Virus record (IMG/VR): IMGVR_UViG_3300042465_000688
Span: 1 to 26,120 of that record
Length of the DNA: 26,120 bases
Source of the DNA: a virus
Lineage: Duplodnaviria > Caudoviricetes
Strand: one strand, 5' to 3'
Shown here: piece by piece, positions 24,693 through 26,120 of the stretch
Layout: every line of letters begins with the position of its first letter
How positions within the stretch are numbered: the stretch's first letter is position 1
Position numbers and translations under genes: made by a program
Notes under the pieces: model-generated
Databases searched by the model: none
Told to the model about the DNA's origin: nothing
What the model saw: the letters and a program-made list of their open reading frames with translations, nothing else

Positions 24693-25891
24693 GCTCTTAA
24701 TATTTTGTATTGCCCTCTCTTACTGTAGTTCTTTTTACTATGCCATGCCAGTGCCAGTGAGATCACCCCATCATCATGCAGTCCACTTGGTGCAGAGTAT
24801 TGTACTGACCTGGTATTCGGATTGTAAATATAAGTAAAATTCTCAAGCTCATCTATCAGCCATTGCTCCTCTATTATCTTGATCTCTGACTGCTCAAAGG
24901 CCAGTGCTAGATCCTCAATGATGATAGGCTTGGTTTTGCTGGTAGTTGTGAAGGGATTGACTAGATTACGCAGCCTTGATGACAGCATCTCAAAGAAGAT
25001 ATCCCCCTGATTGTTGACCTCTATCAATGTGACTGCTTGATATTGCTTGATGATGTCTGCTACCTTGTCAATGATCTTGGACCACTCATCATGGCGCCAC
25101 CTACCCACATAGACCATCTGACCTCTCTCATTCAGTATTGTCAGCACTGTGTAATCATCTGCCCTACCTATGTCTAGCCCAGCATAGCACTTGCCACCTT
25201 TCTCCCATGTTCCAGCTGACTGCCTCACGTTCTTGAATAGTCCGGATGCGTTGTCAATGAATTCAGCCATGTATTCCTGGCGAAAGATATGATCAGGCAA
25301 TGACCGCTTTCTCTCCTCCAGCTCTTGTGGTGCAATCATAGGATTGTCATAGGATGTGAAGTGAATGTACTTGTATCTGTCATCATAGTTAGGCTGCATA
25401 CACAAGGTGTGGAAATGATTCTTTCCCTTTGGTGTTGAGATGAATATCACTTTCTTGCCCTTGACCATGACAGTTGCAGATAGCACCTCATTCCACAGCT
25501 CAGGTCTTGTGAAGGCCATCTCATCCACTACCATGAAGTGAAAGGTATTCCCTCTGATATTATCGGGCCGTTCACCACTAAAGAATTCTATTGATGATCC
25601 AAACCCAGTCACCTTGAGATCTGACTTGTTGAATTCAAATAGTCCGCTGTTTTTAACTGCTCTTTCAAGCTCTGCAAATACTTTCTTACCTTGTTTGTAT
25701 ACTGGTGTCACCCAAGCAATCTGTGAGCCTGGATGATTGATGGCCCAGTACAGAAGCTGATTGATTCCTAGTAAGGTCTTGCCAAACTGCCTACCAATAT
25801 TCAGAGCATAGTATTTCTCGCTGCCTTGATTGATAGCATTGTGGATGTGCCTCTGATTAGGATGAGGTTTGTAACCTTTGATTGTACTCAT
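24689..25891 (-). CDS. terL: Terminase large subunit
   Basis: Walker A GRQFGKT, Walker B VVDE, ISTPKG coupling motif, nuclease GLDIG and HDD. Confidence 0.95.
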   Translation of the reverse strand: MSTIKGYKPHPNQRHIHNAINQGSEKYYALNIGRQFGKTLLGINQLLYWAINHPGSQIAWVTPVYKQGKKVFAELERAVKNSGLFEFNKSDLKVTGFGSSIEFFSGERPDNIRGNTFHFMVVDEMAFTRPELWNEVLSATVMVKGKKVIFISTPKGKNHFHTLCMQPNYDDRYKYIHFTSYDNPMIAPQELEERKRSLPDHIFRQEYMAEFIDNASGLFKNVRQSAGTWEKGGKCYAGLDIGRADDYTVLTILNERGQMVYVGRWRHDEWSKIIDKVADIIKQYQAVTLIEVNNQGDIFFEMLSSRLRNLVNPFTTTSKTKPIIIEDLALAFEQSEIKIIEEQWLIDELENFTYIYNPNTRSVQYSAPSGLHDDGVISLALAWHSKKNYSKRGQYKILRA

Positions 25892-26120
25892 TCATCAAAG
25901 TCAAAGTTATCAACATTTCTAGTCTCAACTTGCTGGCGATCATGCATGCCTAATCTGTTCTTTGCGTAGAAGATTCCTTTGCCCTCATTGCCTACAATAT
26001 CAACAGCTAAGCCTTTAAAAAGCTCATCTATTTTTTTAATAGTGTCAGATTTGAGTTTGTCATCAGAATTCAACCAAGTGTAATAAGTCTCTCTTACAAT
26101 ACTCTTTTCTTTCCTCACAA
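25888..26120 (-). CDS. terS: Terminase small subunit (5' end outside the window)
   Basis: Overlaps the terL start; C-terminal GIFYAKNRLGMHDRQQVE pattern. Confidence 0.65.
   Translation of the reverse strand, partial: VRKEKSIVRETYYTWLNSDDKLKSDTIKKIDELFKGLAVDIVGNEGKGIFYAKNRLGMHDRQQVETRNVDNFDFDE

Overview
A 26 kb segment of a tailed dsDNA phage (siphovirus-like) that most likely infects Bacteroidota/Flavobacteriia. The host inference rests on TAnnTTTG promoter boxes, A-rich leaders without Shine-Dalgarno sequences and typical gene families. Almost all genes are on the minus strand. In transcription order: small and large terminase, a gene with an apparent -1 frameshift, tail and tail-tip genes, tape measure, prohead protease, scaffold, major capsid, tail tube, portal, head-tail proteins, a fibre-like protein, lysis cassette, small early/middle genes (HNH, DnaA-C-like HTH, wHTH), a putative origin, primase-helicase, VRR-NUC nuclease and an ERF recombinase. 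The most notable items are (1) a structured kissing-loop RNA with a loop-E motif in the primase leader, (2) a four-copy GGAACAA-N5-CATAnT motif before late genes, (3) a U9 slippery site with about 190 nt of dual coding just after the terminase, (4) a lone antisense Stealth-like phosphotransferase gene whose promoter overlaps the late motif, and (5) a shared RxTEDNxxRITE C-terminal motif in tail proteins. All product calls come from motif recognition and synteny; no database searches were run.
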